A stretch of 38,493 nucleotides of DNA from Candidatus Methylomirabilia bacterium (GTDB lineage: Bacteria > Methylomirabilota > Methylomirabilia > Rokubacteriales > CSP1-6): NCBI GenBank assembly GCA_046758965.1, contig JBHIBG010000019.1, forward strand, positions 1 through 38,493. Reading direction: 5' to 3'. The notes under the pieces were generated by a model. It did no database searches. It was not told where the DNA came from and saw only the letters and a program-made list of their open reading frames with translations. Below, piece after piece: positions 9,264 through 17,805 of this stretch (positions within the stretch are counted from its first letter, which is position 1; each line of letters opens with the position of its first letter). The position numbers were made by a program, and so were the translations under genes.

Positions 9264-9803
9264 CTATCGCTGTTCCTCTCCTGTGAGCCGCGCCACAATC
9301 TCGTCCCAGGCCTCGTCGGTCAGAGCCCGCACCTCGTCTCGGGTGAGGGGCTGGATGGGATGGCCGACCACGACCGTCCGGTAGTCTGGCGCCCCGAGCG
9401 CCTCAGCCTGCGCCTTCGCCGCCCTCACGAACTCGGAGGAGATTACCGTTGCCGTCGGAAGGCCCTGATCTTCGAAATACACGCCGTCGTGCACACTGCA
9501 CGTGGTGCACGACCCTCAGTCAGCCAGGGCTTCGATGAGGAGATCGCTCTCCCTGAGGACCTCCTCCCGGAGGTCGTCGGGGGCAGGCCGGGCAAAGGTG
9601 GGCTTGCGCTTCCGGACAATCGCCTTCGGCCTGGCCCGCTCGCGCAGCAGCTCCTCGATCCGGTCCAGCAGGTGATCGCCCTTCGCCTTCGAGATGTCCA
9701 GGAGCGTGATCACCTTCCCGTCCAGCGACGCCGGCCGCAGCGCGGTCTTTCGTGGCACCGCCACGGAATCGGTGGGGTCCAGATAGAGATCATCCTTGGG
9801 CAT
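9264..9803 (-). CDS. UGSC-family selenoprotein (Sec at TGA 9518-9516, about codon 96 of 179)
   Basis: Track ORFs 9516..9809 and 9264..9494 are in one frame, separated by a single TGA. Read-through gives ...EALAD-U-GSCTTCSVHDGV...; GGGAGG RBS 6 nt before ATG 9803; hairpin directly after the TGA. Confidence 0.88.
9486..9513 (-). promoter_or_regulatory. Candidate bacterial SECIS element
   Basis: mRNA reads UGA-GG-GUCGUGCAC-CACGUGCAGU-GUGCACGAC: a perfect 9-bp stem starting 2 nt after the UGA, extendable past a bulged C to a GUGCA loop that begins with G. Confidence 0.7.
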
Positions 9804-9815
9804 ACGCATCCTCCC

Positions 9816-10889
9816 TTAGTGGCGCATCCGGATCTTCTTGATCACCAGGTTGGAGCCGTTGGGGAAGGTCCACCCCGGGATCACCGCCGAGAATCGCCCC
9901 GCGGTCCCTCCGGCTACGACCACCTTCAGATGTTCGGGGGCTCGGAACTTGGGGATGATCGTGCCATCGGTCTCCGGGTTCTCAAGCTTGGCCAACACGT
10001 GCTCGGGAAGTCCCTCGCCGCCGTCCTTGCCCGGGATAAGGTCCTTTACGGGCTTCTGAAGCCGCTCCCAGAGGAAGCGCTGGATGTCGGCCTTGGACCA
10101 GCCGTCCCCGGCGACGGTATGGGCGTGCTCGGGGGAGAGCACGATGAGCGTGTCCCCGAGGGCCGTGGCCTTGTGGTGCCAGATCACCTCAACGCTCCGG
10201 GCAACGGTCGCGAGGAGATCGCGAGCGGTGCGGCTCCGGTGGTCGTAGATCCCGTGGGGCGCCTCCCCGGCAAACGCCGCCACGGTGCTGTCGGAGTGTG
10301 CAAAGCCGTGCTCGACGTGGAGCGGTTCCCAGGGGTTCGCCTCCTCATTCTCACCGATGCAGTAGGTGTAGCGTCCCGGGTGCCCCATCGTGGACATGCT
10401 GATGACCCCTGGCCTGGCTCCTCCGATATTCACCACGATCAGGCGGAGAGCCCGGCCGATGGTGGCGTTGGCGCGCCACCCAGGGCCGAAGACACCCGCG
10501 CCCGAGTTGACGTCCAGCGCTTTGCGGATGGGGCCGTTGATGATGAAGAGAGGCGAGGCGAAGTGGGTCGTGGCCGACACCCCGTGGAGGTCAAAGGCCT
10601 CGTCGCACATCGCTTCCACGCCGGCGATGACCACGGGGAGGTACTCCGGGCGGCAGCCCGCCATGACCGCGTTCACCGCGATCTTCTCCGCGGTGGCGCG
10701 GCCATAGTTGGGGGGGACGTAGGCGACCAGCTCCTCGGCCTCGCGCCCCGTGGCGGCCAACGCTCTGGTCACGCGGCCCCTGGTAGGCGGAATCGCCGGG
10801 AGCCCGTCCGTCACGCCGCGGACAAAGAGCTCCTCGATGGCATCGGCCTGGGTATCAGGCCCCGTACTCTTCTTCGTCGTCCGCGGCAT
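9816..10889 (-). CDS. Uncharacterised partner protein of UGSC (seleno)proteins
   Basis: 357 aa with GVTDGLPAIPPT, EKIAVNAVMAGCRPEYLPVV, RANATIGRALRL and GENEEANPWEPLHVEHG, which I recognise from proteins encoded next to UGSC genes; its stop abuts the selenoprotein RBS. Confidence 0.75.
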   Translation of the reverse strand: MPRTTKKSTGPDTQADAIEELFVRGVTDGLPAIPPTRGRVTRALAATGREAEELVAYVPPNYGRATAEKIAVNAVMAGCRPEYLPVVIAGVEAMCDEAFDLHGVSATTHFASPLFIINGPIRKALDVNSGAGVFGPGWRANATIGRALRLIVVNIGGARPGVISMSTMGHPGRYTYCIGENEEANPWEPLHVEHGFAHSDSTVAAFAGEAPHGIYDHRSRTARDLLATVARSVEVIWHHKATALGDTLIVLSPEHAHTVAGDGWSKADIQRFLWERLQKPVKDLIPGKDGGEGLPEHVLAKLENPETDGTIIPKFRAPEHLKVVVAGGTAGRFSAVIPGWTFPNGSNLVIKKIRMRH

Positions 10890-10895
10890 GAAGTC

Positions 10896-10924
10896 AGGCT
10901 AGCCGAATTCGCCCCGCAGAGCAA
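10896..10924 (-). promoter_or_regulatory. Candidate leaderless sigma70 promoter of the selenoprotein operon
   Basis: Minus strand TTGCTC (10924-10919), 17-nt spacer, TAGCCT (10901-10896), 6 nt, then ATG 10889; no Shine-Dalgarno visible. Confidence 0.4.
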
Positions 10925-10970
10925 TTGGGCCGAGACATGCACCGGGAGTACGCCGCGTCAAGCTCGCGCG

Positions 10971-11095
10971 CTTCGAGCGCGGGCTTGGCCCGCGCAACCC
11001 GAAGGGGGGAGGTACGCTCGCCTTCGGCTCGCGCTCTCCGCAACCTCGCAGGCGAGGTTGCTTCGCGTGCGGCGGGGGGCGGACCCCCCTTCGAG
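10971..11095. repeat. Multi-hairpin palindromic (REP/MITE-like) element, copy 1
   Basis: Bounded by CTTCGAG direct repeats; stems GCGCGGGC/GCCCGCGC, GCAACCTCGC/GCGAGGTTGC and CGAAGGGGGG/CCCCCCTTCG; related to 22240-22310. Confidence 0.75.
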
Positions 11096-11097
11096 GA

Positions 11098-12507
11098 TTA
11101 CCGGCCGCGGCGCCACCAGTGCTGGACGAGCCCATCCACCACCTCAGCCAGCTGGCTGATAGTGCGGCACTCCCTCAGGATGTCACAGTGCGGGGCGTAG
11201 AGGGGCATGACGCTGTCGCCAATTCCCCAGCCCCACTGCCCCTCCGGGTTCAGCCAGATGATGCCCTTGACCCGCTCGCGCATATGCTTGAGCGCCCAGG
11301 CCTGAGGGTCGTTGTAGTTATTGCGGGCATCGCCGAGAACCAGGATCGTGGTCTTCCGGTCCAGGCTGTCCAGCTCGGCGCGGCAGAAGCGGCTGAAGGC
11401 GTAGCCGAAGTCCGACCGGCAGTGATAGTCCACCGGCGCCGAGCGCAGCGCCCATTCGATGGCCCGTTCCACCGGGTAGGTGTTGAAGGCCTGGGTGACC
11501 TCGGCGAGCTCGGAGACGAAGACCAAGGAGCGTACCCGGCTGAAGCACTCTTGGAGGCTCCAGACGAGCTGAAGCATGAAGCGCGAGGCGTTCCGCACCG
11601 AGTCGGAGACATCGCACACCGTGATGAGCTTCGGTTTCTCCCGGTGGCGCCGTCGGAACCTGAGCTCCATCGGGATGCCGCCGTACTGGAGGCTCCGGCG
11701 GATGGTGCGGCGAGTGTCCAGCCGCCCCTTCTCCTCCTGCCGCTGGCGGAGGGCCAGGGCGTCCTTGATCTTCCGCGCCAGGCGGGCCACCACTGCCTTC
11801 ATCTGGGCCACCTCGTCCGGCGTCAGGGCGAAGAGGGGCTTCTCGGTCAAGGACTCCCGGATGAGCCGCTCCCCCGACCGGTAGGCCCGGCGCTCCAGCT
11901 CCCGCTCTACGTGCTGGCGGATCATCCGGCGGAACGCCTCGAGGCGGAGGTCCAGGTAGTTCCGGATCCGGGCCAGCTGCCCCGGGTCCAGCCCCCGGGC
12001 CTCCAGGAGCTCGATGAGACGGGCCAGATCACGCTCGAGAGCCTCCCAGTCGAAGCGGTCGTAGATCCGTCGTGAGAAGTAGCCGATCTGAAGGAAGTAC
12101 ATGAGCCGTTCGAGCCCCGCGTTCCGGCCGCCCGCGCGGATCGCCATCTCCAGCTCAGGCCCCCCACTCCTGATGATGAGGTCGGTGAGCTCATCCAGCT
12201 CGATCCCCTCCTCCAGAAGGAGCCGGTCCAGCAGCTCACGAATCCGCGGGTCTTCGGGACCGAGGGCCTTGTTGAGCCCCTCGCCGAGGGCCTGGAGGTC
12301 CAGGAAGTAGAGGTCGAAGAGGCGGTTGAAGGTGGGCAGGTCACGCGACTCCTTGATGAGCGTGGCGGCGAGCGCGTCCTTAAAGGTCTCCCGCTCCAGG
12401 AGCCCCACCTCGGCGGAGGCGGCCAGGGCATCCAACGCCTCGGAGGGAGAGATCCGGATTTCCGTCCGCCGTAGATCCCCGATGAACTCCAGGATCCGCT
12501 GGTCCAC
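11098..12507 (-). CDS. VWA-domain protein, CoxE-like
   Basis: MIDAS DVSDS, RLDTRRTIRRSL, SDFG, ILVLGDARNN, IIWLNPE; GTG start at 12507 just after the ATPase stop. Confidence 0.88.
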   Translation of the reverse strand: MDQRILEFIGDLRRTEIRISPSEALDALAASAEVGLLERETFKDALAATLIKESRDLPTFNRLFDLYFLDLQALGEGLNKALGPEDPRIRELLDRLLLEEGIELDELTDLIIRSGGPELEMAIRAGGRNAGLERLMYFLQIGYFSRRIYDRFDWEALERDLARLIELLEARGLDPGQLARIRNYLDLRLEAFRRMIRQHVERELERRAYRSGERLIRESLTEKPLFALTPDEVAQMKAVVARLARKIKDALALRQRQEEKGRLDTRRTIRRSLQYGGIPMELRFRRRHREKPKLITVCDVSDSVRNASRFMLQLVWSLQECFSRVRSLVFVSELAEVTQAFNTYPVERAIEWALRSAPVDYHCRSDFGYAFSRFCRAELDSLDRKTTILVLGDARNNYNDPQAWALKHMRERVKGIIWLNPEGQWGWGIGDSVMPLYAPHCDILRECRTISQLAEVVDGLVQHWWRRGR

Positions 12508-12509
12508 GG

Positions 12510-13424
12510 TCAGTTGAGATCGGCGAGGACCTTGTCGAGCGAGCCCCTGACCCGTTCCAGGTCCTTCTCGTACTTGACCAGCATGGTGAGCGTGGACTCC
12601 ACCAGCTCGGCGTTGAGCCGGTCGGCGTTCAGGATCACAAGCGAGCGCGCCCAATCCAGGCTCTCCGAGATCGACGGCGGCTTCCTCAGCTCCATCGTCC
12701 GGATCCTCTGCACGGCCGTCACCACGGCCCCGGCGAGCTTCTCTGGAATCTCGGGGACCTTCAGGCGGATGATCTCCAGCTCTTCGTCGGGCGGGGGGAA
12801 GTCAATGAAGAGGTGGAGGCAGCGGCGCTTGAGGCCGTCGGAGATCTCCCGGGCGTTGTTCGAGGTGAGCACCGCCAGCGGGATATGCTTGGCCCGGAGC
12901 GTCCCCAGCTCGGGGACCGACACCTGGAAGTCAGAGAGCACTTCCAGGAGGAACGCCTCGAACTCGGGCTCGGCCTTATCGATCTCGTCCACCAAGAGCA
13001 CCACGGGGTCCCCAGCCAGGATCGCCGAGAGAAGCGGCCGGGGCGAGAGGAAGCGGAACGAGAAGAAGGCATCCTCCTGCCCCGCGATCTTGGCGACGGC
13101 GTCCGGGAGCGAGGGAGCGCCGGCGATGAGCTCGCCGATTCGCTCCCGCAGGAGCTGCGTGTAGAGAAGCTGCTTGGCGTACTTCCACTCATAGAGGGCC
13201 TTGCCCTCGTCCAGCCCCTCGTAGCACTGCAGCCGAATCAGCGGGCGGCCGGTGGCCTCGGCGAGCACCTTGGCCATCTCGGTCTTCCCGACTCCCGCGG
13301 GCCCCTCGACGAGGACGGGCCGCCCCATCCGCTCGGCGAGGTAGACCACCGTGGCGATGCGGCGGCTGGCGATGTAGCTGGCGGCGCGAAAGCGCCCCTG
13401 AACCTCCTCAACGGATTGGAACAT
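12510..13424 (-). CDS. MoxR-family AAA+ ATPase, CoxD-like
   Basis: Walker A EGPAGVGKT, IRLQCYEGLD, ALYEWKY, Walker B LLVDEIDK, FEAFLLEVLSDFQVSVPELG; AAGGAG RBS and extended -10 TGGTAAGAT (13463-13455). Confidence 0.92.
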   Translation of the reverse strand: MFQSVEEVQGRFRAASYIASRRIATVVYLAERMGRPVLVEGPAGVGKTEMAKVLAEATGRPLIRLQCYEGLDEGKALYEWKYAKQLLYTQLLRERIGELIAGAPSLPDAVAKIAGQEDAFFSFRFLSPRPLLSAILAGDPVVLLVDEIDKAEPEFEAFLLEVLSDFQVSVPELGTLRAKHIPLAVLTSNNAREISDGLKRRCLHLFIDFPPPDEELEIIRLKVPEIPEKLAGAVVTAVQRIRTMELRKPPSISESLDWARSLVILNADRLNAELVESTLTMLVKYEKDLERVRGSLDKVLADLN

Positions 13425-13559
13425 ACAGGCTCCTTGCGTGTGGAATTCGCGCTCATCTTACCACACGGCTTGGCTTCGCCGCCGACGCCGGGTTATCCCG
13501 GTGTTGGCGACAGGCTCGAGTGAGATGATGCGCTCGAACGTCCGACGGACCGCCGAGGG

Positions 13560-14342
13560 TTACTTTCGAACCGCTGCTTTCAACGCGTTCTCGATCACCT
13601 GCCTGAACCTGGCGAGAGGCTGAGCCCCTCTGACGATCGTACCGGTGATTGTCCCTCCCGACCCGCTTGGGCCAATGACGAACGAGGGCGTTCCGCGCAC
13701 CCCTGCCTTGGTCCCCTCGGCGATTTCTCTCTCTATCACGGAGGCGTACTTGCCGCTCTGCAGGCACTCGCCGAATCTCGCGCCGCCGAGTCCGATTCGC
13801 TGCGCATAGCGCTTCAGCGCGGCCACCGAGAAATCTCTCGAGTTCTCGAAGAGGATGTCGTGCATCTCCCAGTAGTGGTCTTGTTCCCCCGCGCAATGGG
13901 CCGCCTCATGAGCCTTCTTCGCCCGGGGGTGGAGACTGGCGATGGGGAAGTCGCGGAAGACATACCTCAACTTGCCCGTGTCGATGTACGCTTTCTTGAT
14001 GATCGGATGTACGGTTGACAGATGGCGTTTACAGAACGGGCATTGGTAGTCCGAGAACTCAACCATCGTGACCGGGGCATCTGGCCGCCCTAGGCTCGGC
14101 CGGCCCGAGACGCTCACCTCGGCAGTCACCCTCCGTGGTCTTCGAGCCCGCCGAGCGCCTTCGAGAATGGTTCGGAGAAGACCTTTGATCTCGGCCAGCT
14201 CTCTCTTGATTTCAGCCAGCTCCTTCCGCAAGCCGGCAATCTCCTCCTCCACCTCCGCCCCGCTGGCGGCGGGCCATACGACAAGTGCGGCGGCCATCGC
14301 GGCCGCTGTCATCCAGAGTCGAGGCTTAAGTCTCAAACGCAT
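13560..14342 (-). CDS. DsbA-family thioredoxin-fold oxidoreductase, exported
   Basis: EFSDYQCPFC active site, GTPSF cis-Pro loop, RDFP; signal peptide and coiled-coil N-terminus; AGAGGAG RBS 9 nt before ATG 14342. Confidence 0.88.
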   Translation of the reverse strand: MRLRLKPRLWMTAAAMAAALVVWPAASGAEVEEEIAGLRKELAEIKRELAEIKGLLRTILEGARRARRPRRVTAEVSVSGRPSLGRPDAPVTMVEFSDYQCPFCKRHLSTVHPIIKKAYIDTGKLRYVFRDFPIASLHPRAKKAHEAAHCAGEQDHYWEMHDILFENSRDFSVAALKRYAQRIGLGGARFGECLQSGKYASVIEREIAEGTKAGVRGTPSFVIGPSGSGGTITGTIVRGAQPLARFRQVIENALKAAVRK

Positions 14343-14590
14343 TCTCATGCGCTCCTCTCTGGCGCTAGCAGGCGGCCGCTCCCTGAGAGAGCCCTCCGTG
14401 GCTTCCGTGCCGGGGCGGTGTCCGTACAGTTTCTCGCACAGGTCTATTAGATCGCGTTCGGCCCGCAAAAACAACGCAGCGGAAATCCGTGCCGGGTCAA
14501 CAAGCCGGGCCCACACCAGGTAGCAGAAGACACCGCCGTGCGTGGCATTCCTGGAGCGATTCCGGGCCGGGAACTTGGTACAATGCGCGC

Positions 14591-15721
14591 GTGGAGGACG
14601 GGGCGAGGCGCTATCATCGCCTGCAGTTCTGGCTGGGAGTTGGCCGGCTCGCGCTCACGGTCGGTGTCCTGGCAGCGTGTCTCCTTACGGATGCCACGCT
14701 GGCCATCCGGCAGTGGGCCGGGGCGGCCGGCCATCCGCCCTGGCTCCAGGTGGCGGAACTGGTCGTCTTCCTCAGCATTGCCTTCCGGCTTGTGGCGGCG
14801 CCCGTCACCTGGCTGGCGGGCTACTGGCTCCCCCGGCGCTACGGGCTCCTGCACCAGGCCTTCACCGGGTGGGCGTTCGACCACCTGAAATCGGTAACGC
14901 TGAGCGGCACTCTGACCCTGGTCGGCGCCGAGGTGGTCTATGCGCTCCTTCGGGTGACCGCGTGGTGGTGGCTCTGGGGCGCGGCGGCATTCTTCATCGG
15001 CTTTGCGCTGTTAGCAAAGGTCGTCCCGGTCTGGATCGTCCCGCTCTTCTACCGCCTCTCTCCCCTCCACGACGCCGCGCTCCGGGAGCGGCTGCTCGCC
15101 CTGGCCGCGCGGATCGGAGTTCCGGTGCTGGGGGTCTGGGTTGTCGACCAGTCGCGGAAGAGCCGGACAGCCAACGCCGCGCTCACGGGTCTCGGCCGCA
15201 CGCGCCGCATCCTGCTCTTCGACACGCTTCTCAAGCGGTTCGCCCCCGACCAGGTGGAGGCGATCCTGGCCCACGAGCTGGCCCACCACGTCCACGGCGA
15301 CCTTTGGCGTGCGCTGGCCCTCCAGGGCGCCCTGACCCTCGTGACCTTCTGGCTCACTGACGGCCTCCTCCAGAGCGGCAGCGCCTGGCTCGGCCTCGAC
15401 GGCCCGGCGGACCCAGCAGGCCTTCCGCTCTTCGCCTTGGTTCTGGTCGGCCTTGGCCTCGCCGCCCTGCCCCTTTCCAACAGCCACTCGCGCTGGGTCG
15501 AGCGACGGGCGGATGACTTCGCCCTGCGCGTCACGCAGAACCCGGAAGGTTTCATCGCAGCGATGGACGGGCTCGCAGACCTGAACCTGGCCGAACGCCG
15601 CCCGCATCCGGTCAAGGAGTTTTTCCTCTTCTCGCACCCGTCCCTCGACCGCCGCATCGAGCGTGCCCGCCGGTTCGCTTCGGAGAGCGGCCGGGCTGTT
15701 GCCCACCGCCGCGTGGTCTGA
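14591..15721 (+). CDS. M48 (Ste24-like) membrane zinc metalloprotease
   Basis: HELAH zinc motif, ANAALTGLG, RILLFDTLL, ERRADDFA, SHPS; multiple TM helices; GTG 14591 chosen as start. Confidence 0.9.
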   Translation: MEDGARRYHRLQFWLGVGRLALTVGVLAACLLTDATLAIRQWAGAAGHPPWLQVAELVVFLSIAFRLVAAPVTWLAGYWLPRRYGLLHQAFTGWAFDHLKSVTLSGTLTLVGAEVVYALLRVTAWWWLWGAAAFFIGFALLAKVVPVWIVPLFYRLSPLHDAALRERLLALAARIGVPVLGVWVVDQSRKSRTANAALTGLGRTRRILLFDTLLKRFAPDQVEAILAHELAHHVHGDLWRALALQGALTLVTFWLTDGLLQSGSAWLGLDGPADPAGLPLFALVLVGLGLAALPLSNSHSRWVERRADDFALRVTQNPEGFIAAMDGLADLNLAERRPHPVKEFFLFSHPSLDRRIERARRFASESGRAVAHRRVV

Positions 15722-15751
15722 TATGGTCGACAGAGCCCGAAGGGGCCTACC

Positions 15752-16615
15752 ATGACGAGACGCAAGCGGCTTTGTGAGCTCGTGGGGCTGAAGCAGGGCC
15801 TGGTGGTGCCGGGAGCCTACGACTGCGTCTCGGCCAAGCTCGTGGAGCGAGCAGGGTTTCCGGCGGTGTACATGACCGGCTACGGCACCTCGGCCTCACG
15901 CCTCGGGCTCCCCGACCTGGGGTTTGCGGGGATCGCCGAAATGGCGGACCACGCCCGAAACATGGCCGCGGCCGTCTCTGTGCCGCTGATCGCCGATGCC
16001 GACACCGGATACGGGAATGCCCTCACCGTGCGCCGCACCGTGCAGATCTACGAAGCCGCCGGGGTGGCTGCTCTCCACCTCGAGGATCAGGTCATCCCGA
16101 AGCGGTGCGGCCACCTGGCCGGCAAGCAGGTGGTGCCGCTCGAGGAGTTCACCCAGAAGATCCGGGCGGCAGCGGAGGCGCGCACCGACCCGGACCTCCT
16201 GATCATCGCCCGGACCGACGCCATCGCGGTGACCGGGTTCGATGACGCCCTCCACCGCGCCGAAGCTGCGGCCAAGGCGGGCGCCGACCTCCTCTTCATC
16301 GAGGCGCCGACGAGCGAAGTCGAGATCGAGCAGATCGCCCGGAGCTTCGACACGCCCCTCCTCTTCAACTACGCCCCGGGTGGCCGCTCCCCCCTGCTGC
16401 CGTTTGCGAGGCTCAGGGAGCTTGGCTACGCTATCATTCTCCTCCCGGTGGACACGTTGTTCGTGGCGGTCCGGGCCATGCAGGAGCTCTTGGCCGGGGT
16501 GAACTCCGCCGATGACGTCCTCCGGTTCAAGGACCGCTACGTCCCGTTCGCCGAATTCAACGAGCTGATCGGCCTCAGCGGGCAGACGGCGCTCGCAGAC
16601 CGCTACAAGGACTGA
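15752..16615 (+). CDS. Isocitrate lyase/PEP mutase family enzyme (PrpB or dimethylmalate lyase-like)
   Basis: PGAYD, LGLPDLG, DADTGYG, EDQVIPKRCGH, IARTDA. Confidence 0.9.
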   Translation: MTRRKRLCELVGLKQGLVVPGAYDCVSAKLVERAGFPAVYMTGYGTSASRLGLPDLGFAGIAEMADHARNMAAAVSVPLIADADTGYGNALTVRRTVQIYEAAGVAALHLEDQVIPKRCGHLAGKQVVPLEEFTQKIRAAAEARTDPDLLIIARTDAIAVTGFDDALHRAEAAAKAGADLLFIEAPTSEVEIEQIARSFDTPLLFNYAPGGRSPLLPFARLRELGYAIILLPVDTLFVAVRAMQELLAGVNSADDVLRFKDRYVPFAEFNELIGLSGQTALADRYKD

Positions 16616-16617
16616 GC

Positions 16618-17802
16618 ATGAGCGAGATCAAAGAGCTGATCACCCACGCCGTGGATCGCATGACCGACGAGCTGGAGGCCCTCTCACACCGGATTCACGC
16701 CACCCCCGAGCTGGGCTACCAGGAGGTGAAAGCCTCGGCCTGGCTCGCCGAGTTTCTCGAGGCGAAGGGGTTCAAGGTCGAACGGGGAGTGGCGGGAGTG
16801 GAAACCGCCTTCCGCGCCATCCTCGAGAGCGGCGACGGGCCAACCGTCGCCGTCCTCTGCGAGTACGACGCGCTGCCAGAGATCGGGCACGCCTGCGGCC
16901 ACAACGTCATCGCGACCTCGGGGGTCGGGGCCGGCGCCGCGCTCGCGGCGGTGAGAGACCGTCTTCCGAAAGGGCGCATCCTGATCATCGGGACGCCTGC
17001 GGAAGAGGGTGGCGGGGGGAAGATCAGGCTGATCGAGGGGGGAGCCTTCACCGACGTGGACTGCGCCATGATGATCCACGGCCTCGACCGCACCGTGATC
17101 CAGCAGGAGCTCCTGGGGGTCGTCCGCGTCACCTTCGACTTTACCGGCAAGGCCGCCCATGCCTCCGCCGACCCCTGGCACGGGATCAACGCCCTGGACG
17201 CGGTGATTCAGACCTTCAACGCAATCAGCATGCTCCGCCAGCAGGTGCGCCCGGACGCCAGGATTCACGGGATCATCACCAACGGCGGCGCGGCGCCCAA
17301 CATCATCCCCGAAGCCGCCTCGTGCCTCTTCTTCGTGCGCGCCGCCACACTCGAGTATATGGGGGAGGTCCGTCACCGGGTGGTCGCCTGCGCCGAAGGG
17401 GCGGCGCGCGCCACGGGTGCTGAGCTCAGGGTCACCCAGAACCCGATCGTGTACGAACCCTTCAAACGGAACCAGACCCTCCTCGACCTCTTCAAGACCA
17501 ACCTGGAGCGGCTCGAAGCCCACCCGGAGGCGCCGGTCCCGAACCGGTTCGGCTCTTCGGACATCGGAAACGTCAGCCAGGTGATTCCCGCCATCCAGCC
17601 CTACATCAAGATCGCCGAGACCGGCACGCCCATCCACTCCCGGGCCTTTGCCGCGGCGGCGGTGAGCCCGGTCGCGCGCCAGGGCCTGGCGCTCGCGGCC
17701 AAGGCCATGGCCATGACCGCCGCGGATCTCCTGGCCAACCCCGAAGCCGTCCGACGCGCCAAGGAGGAGTTCGCCGGGGCACCGGGCTCAGGGAGTCGTT
17801 GA
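16618..17802 (+). CDS. M20 family amidohydrolase (ACY1L2/AbgB-like)
   Basis: PELGYQE, CEYDALPEIGHACGHN, GTPAEEGGGGK, GSSDIGNVS. Confidence 0.9.
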   Translation: MSEIKELITHAVDRMTDELEALSHRIHATPELGYQEVKASAWLAEFLEAKGFKVERGVAGVETAFRAILESGDGPTVAVLCEYDALPEIGHACGHNVIATSGVGAGAALAAVRDRLPKGRILIIGTPAEEGGGGKIRLIEGGAFTDVDCAMMIHGLDRTVIQQELLGVVRVTFDFTGKAAHASADPWHGINALDAVIQTFNAISMLRQQVRPDARIHGIITNGGAAPNIIPEAASCLFFVRAATLEYMGEVRHRVVACAEGAARATGAELRVTQNPIVYEPFKRNQTLLDLFKTNLERLEAHPEAPVPNRFGSSDIGNVSQVIPAIQPYIKIAETGTPIHSRAFAAAAVSPVARQGLALAAKAMAMTAADLLANPEAVRRAKEEFAGAPGSGSR

Positions 17803-17805
17803 GTC

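Noticed and set aside
9264..9809. Two separate small genes, or a nonsense pseudogene
   Set aside because: The single TGA falls exactly in a UxxC motif and is followed by a SECIS-like stem; selenocysteine read-through explains it better.
10900..11097. tRNA-Sec, riboswitch or CRISPR array in the structured intergenic region
   Set aside because: No cloverleaf or UCA anticodon arm, no repeat-spacer periodicity, no cas genes; similarity to 22240-22310 favours a dispersed repeat.
9360..11159. 599-aa plus-strand ORF, and similar long ORFs (1023..2249, 4174..5880, 11119..12075, 22668..23693)
   Set aside because: Antisense or off-frame shadows of well-supported genes, expected in high-GC DNA; no recognisable motifs.
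14343..14590. N-terminal extensions of DsbA (to 14516) and the M48 protease (from 14489) in the ORF track
   Set aside because: They overlap each other across the divergent promoter region; RBS, signal peptide and -10 positions support the shorter starts.
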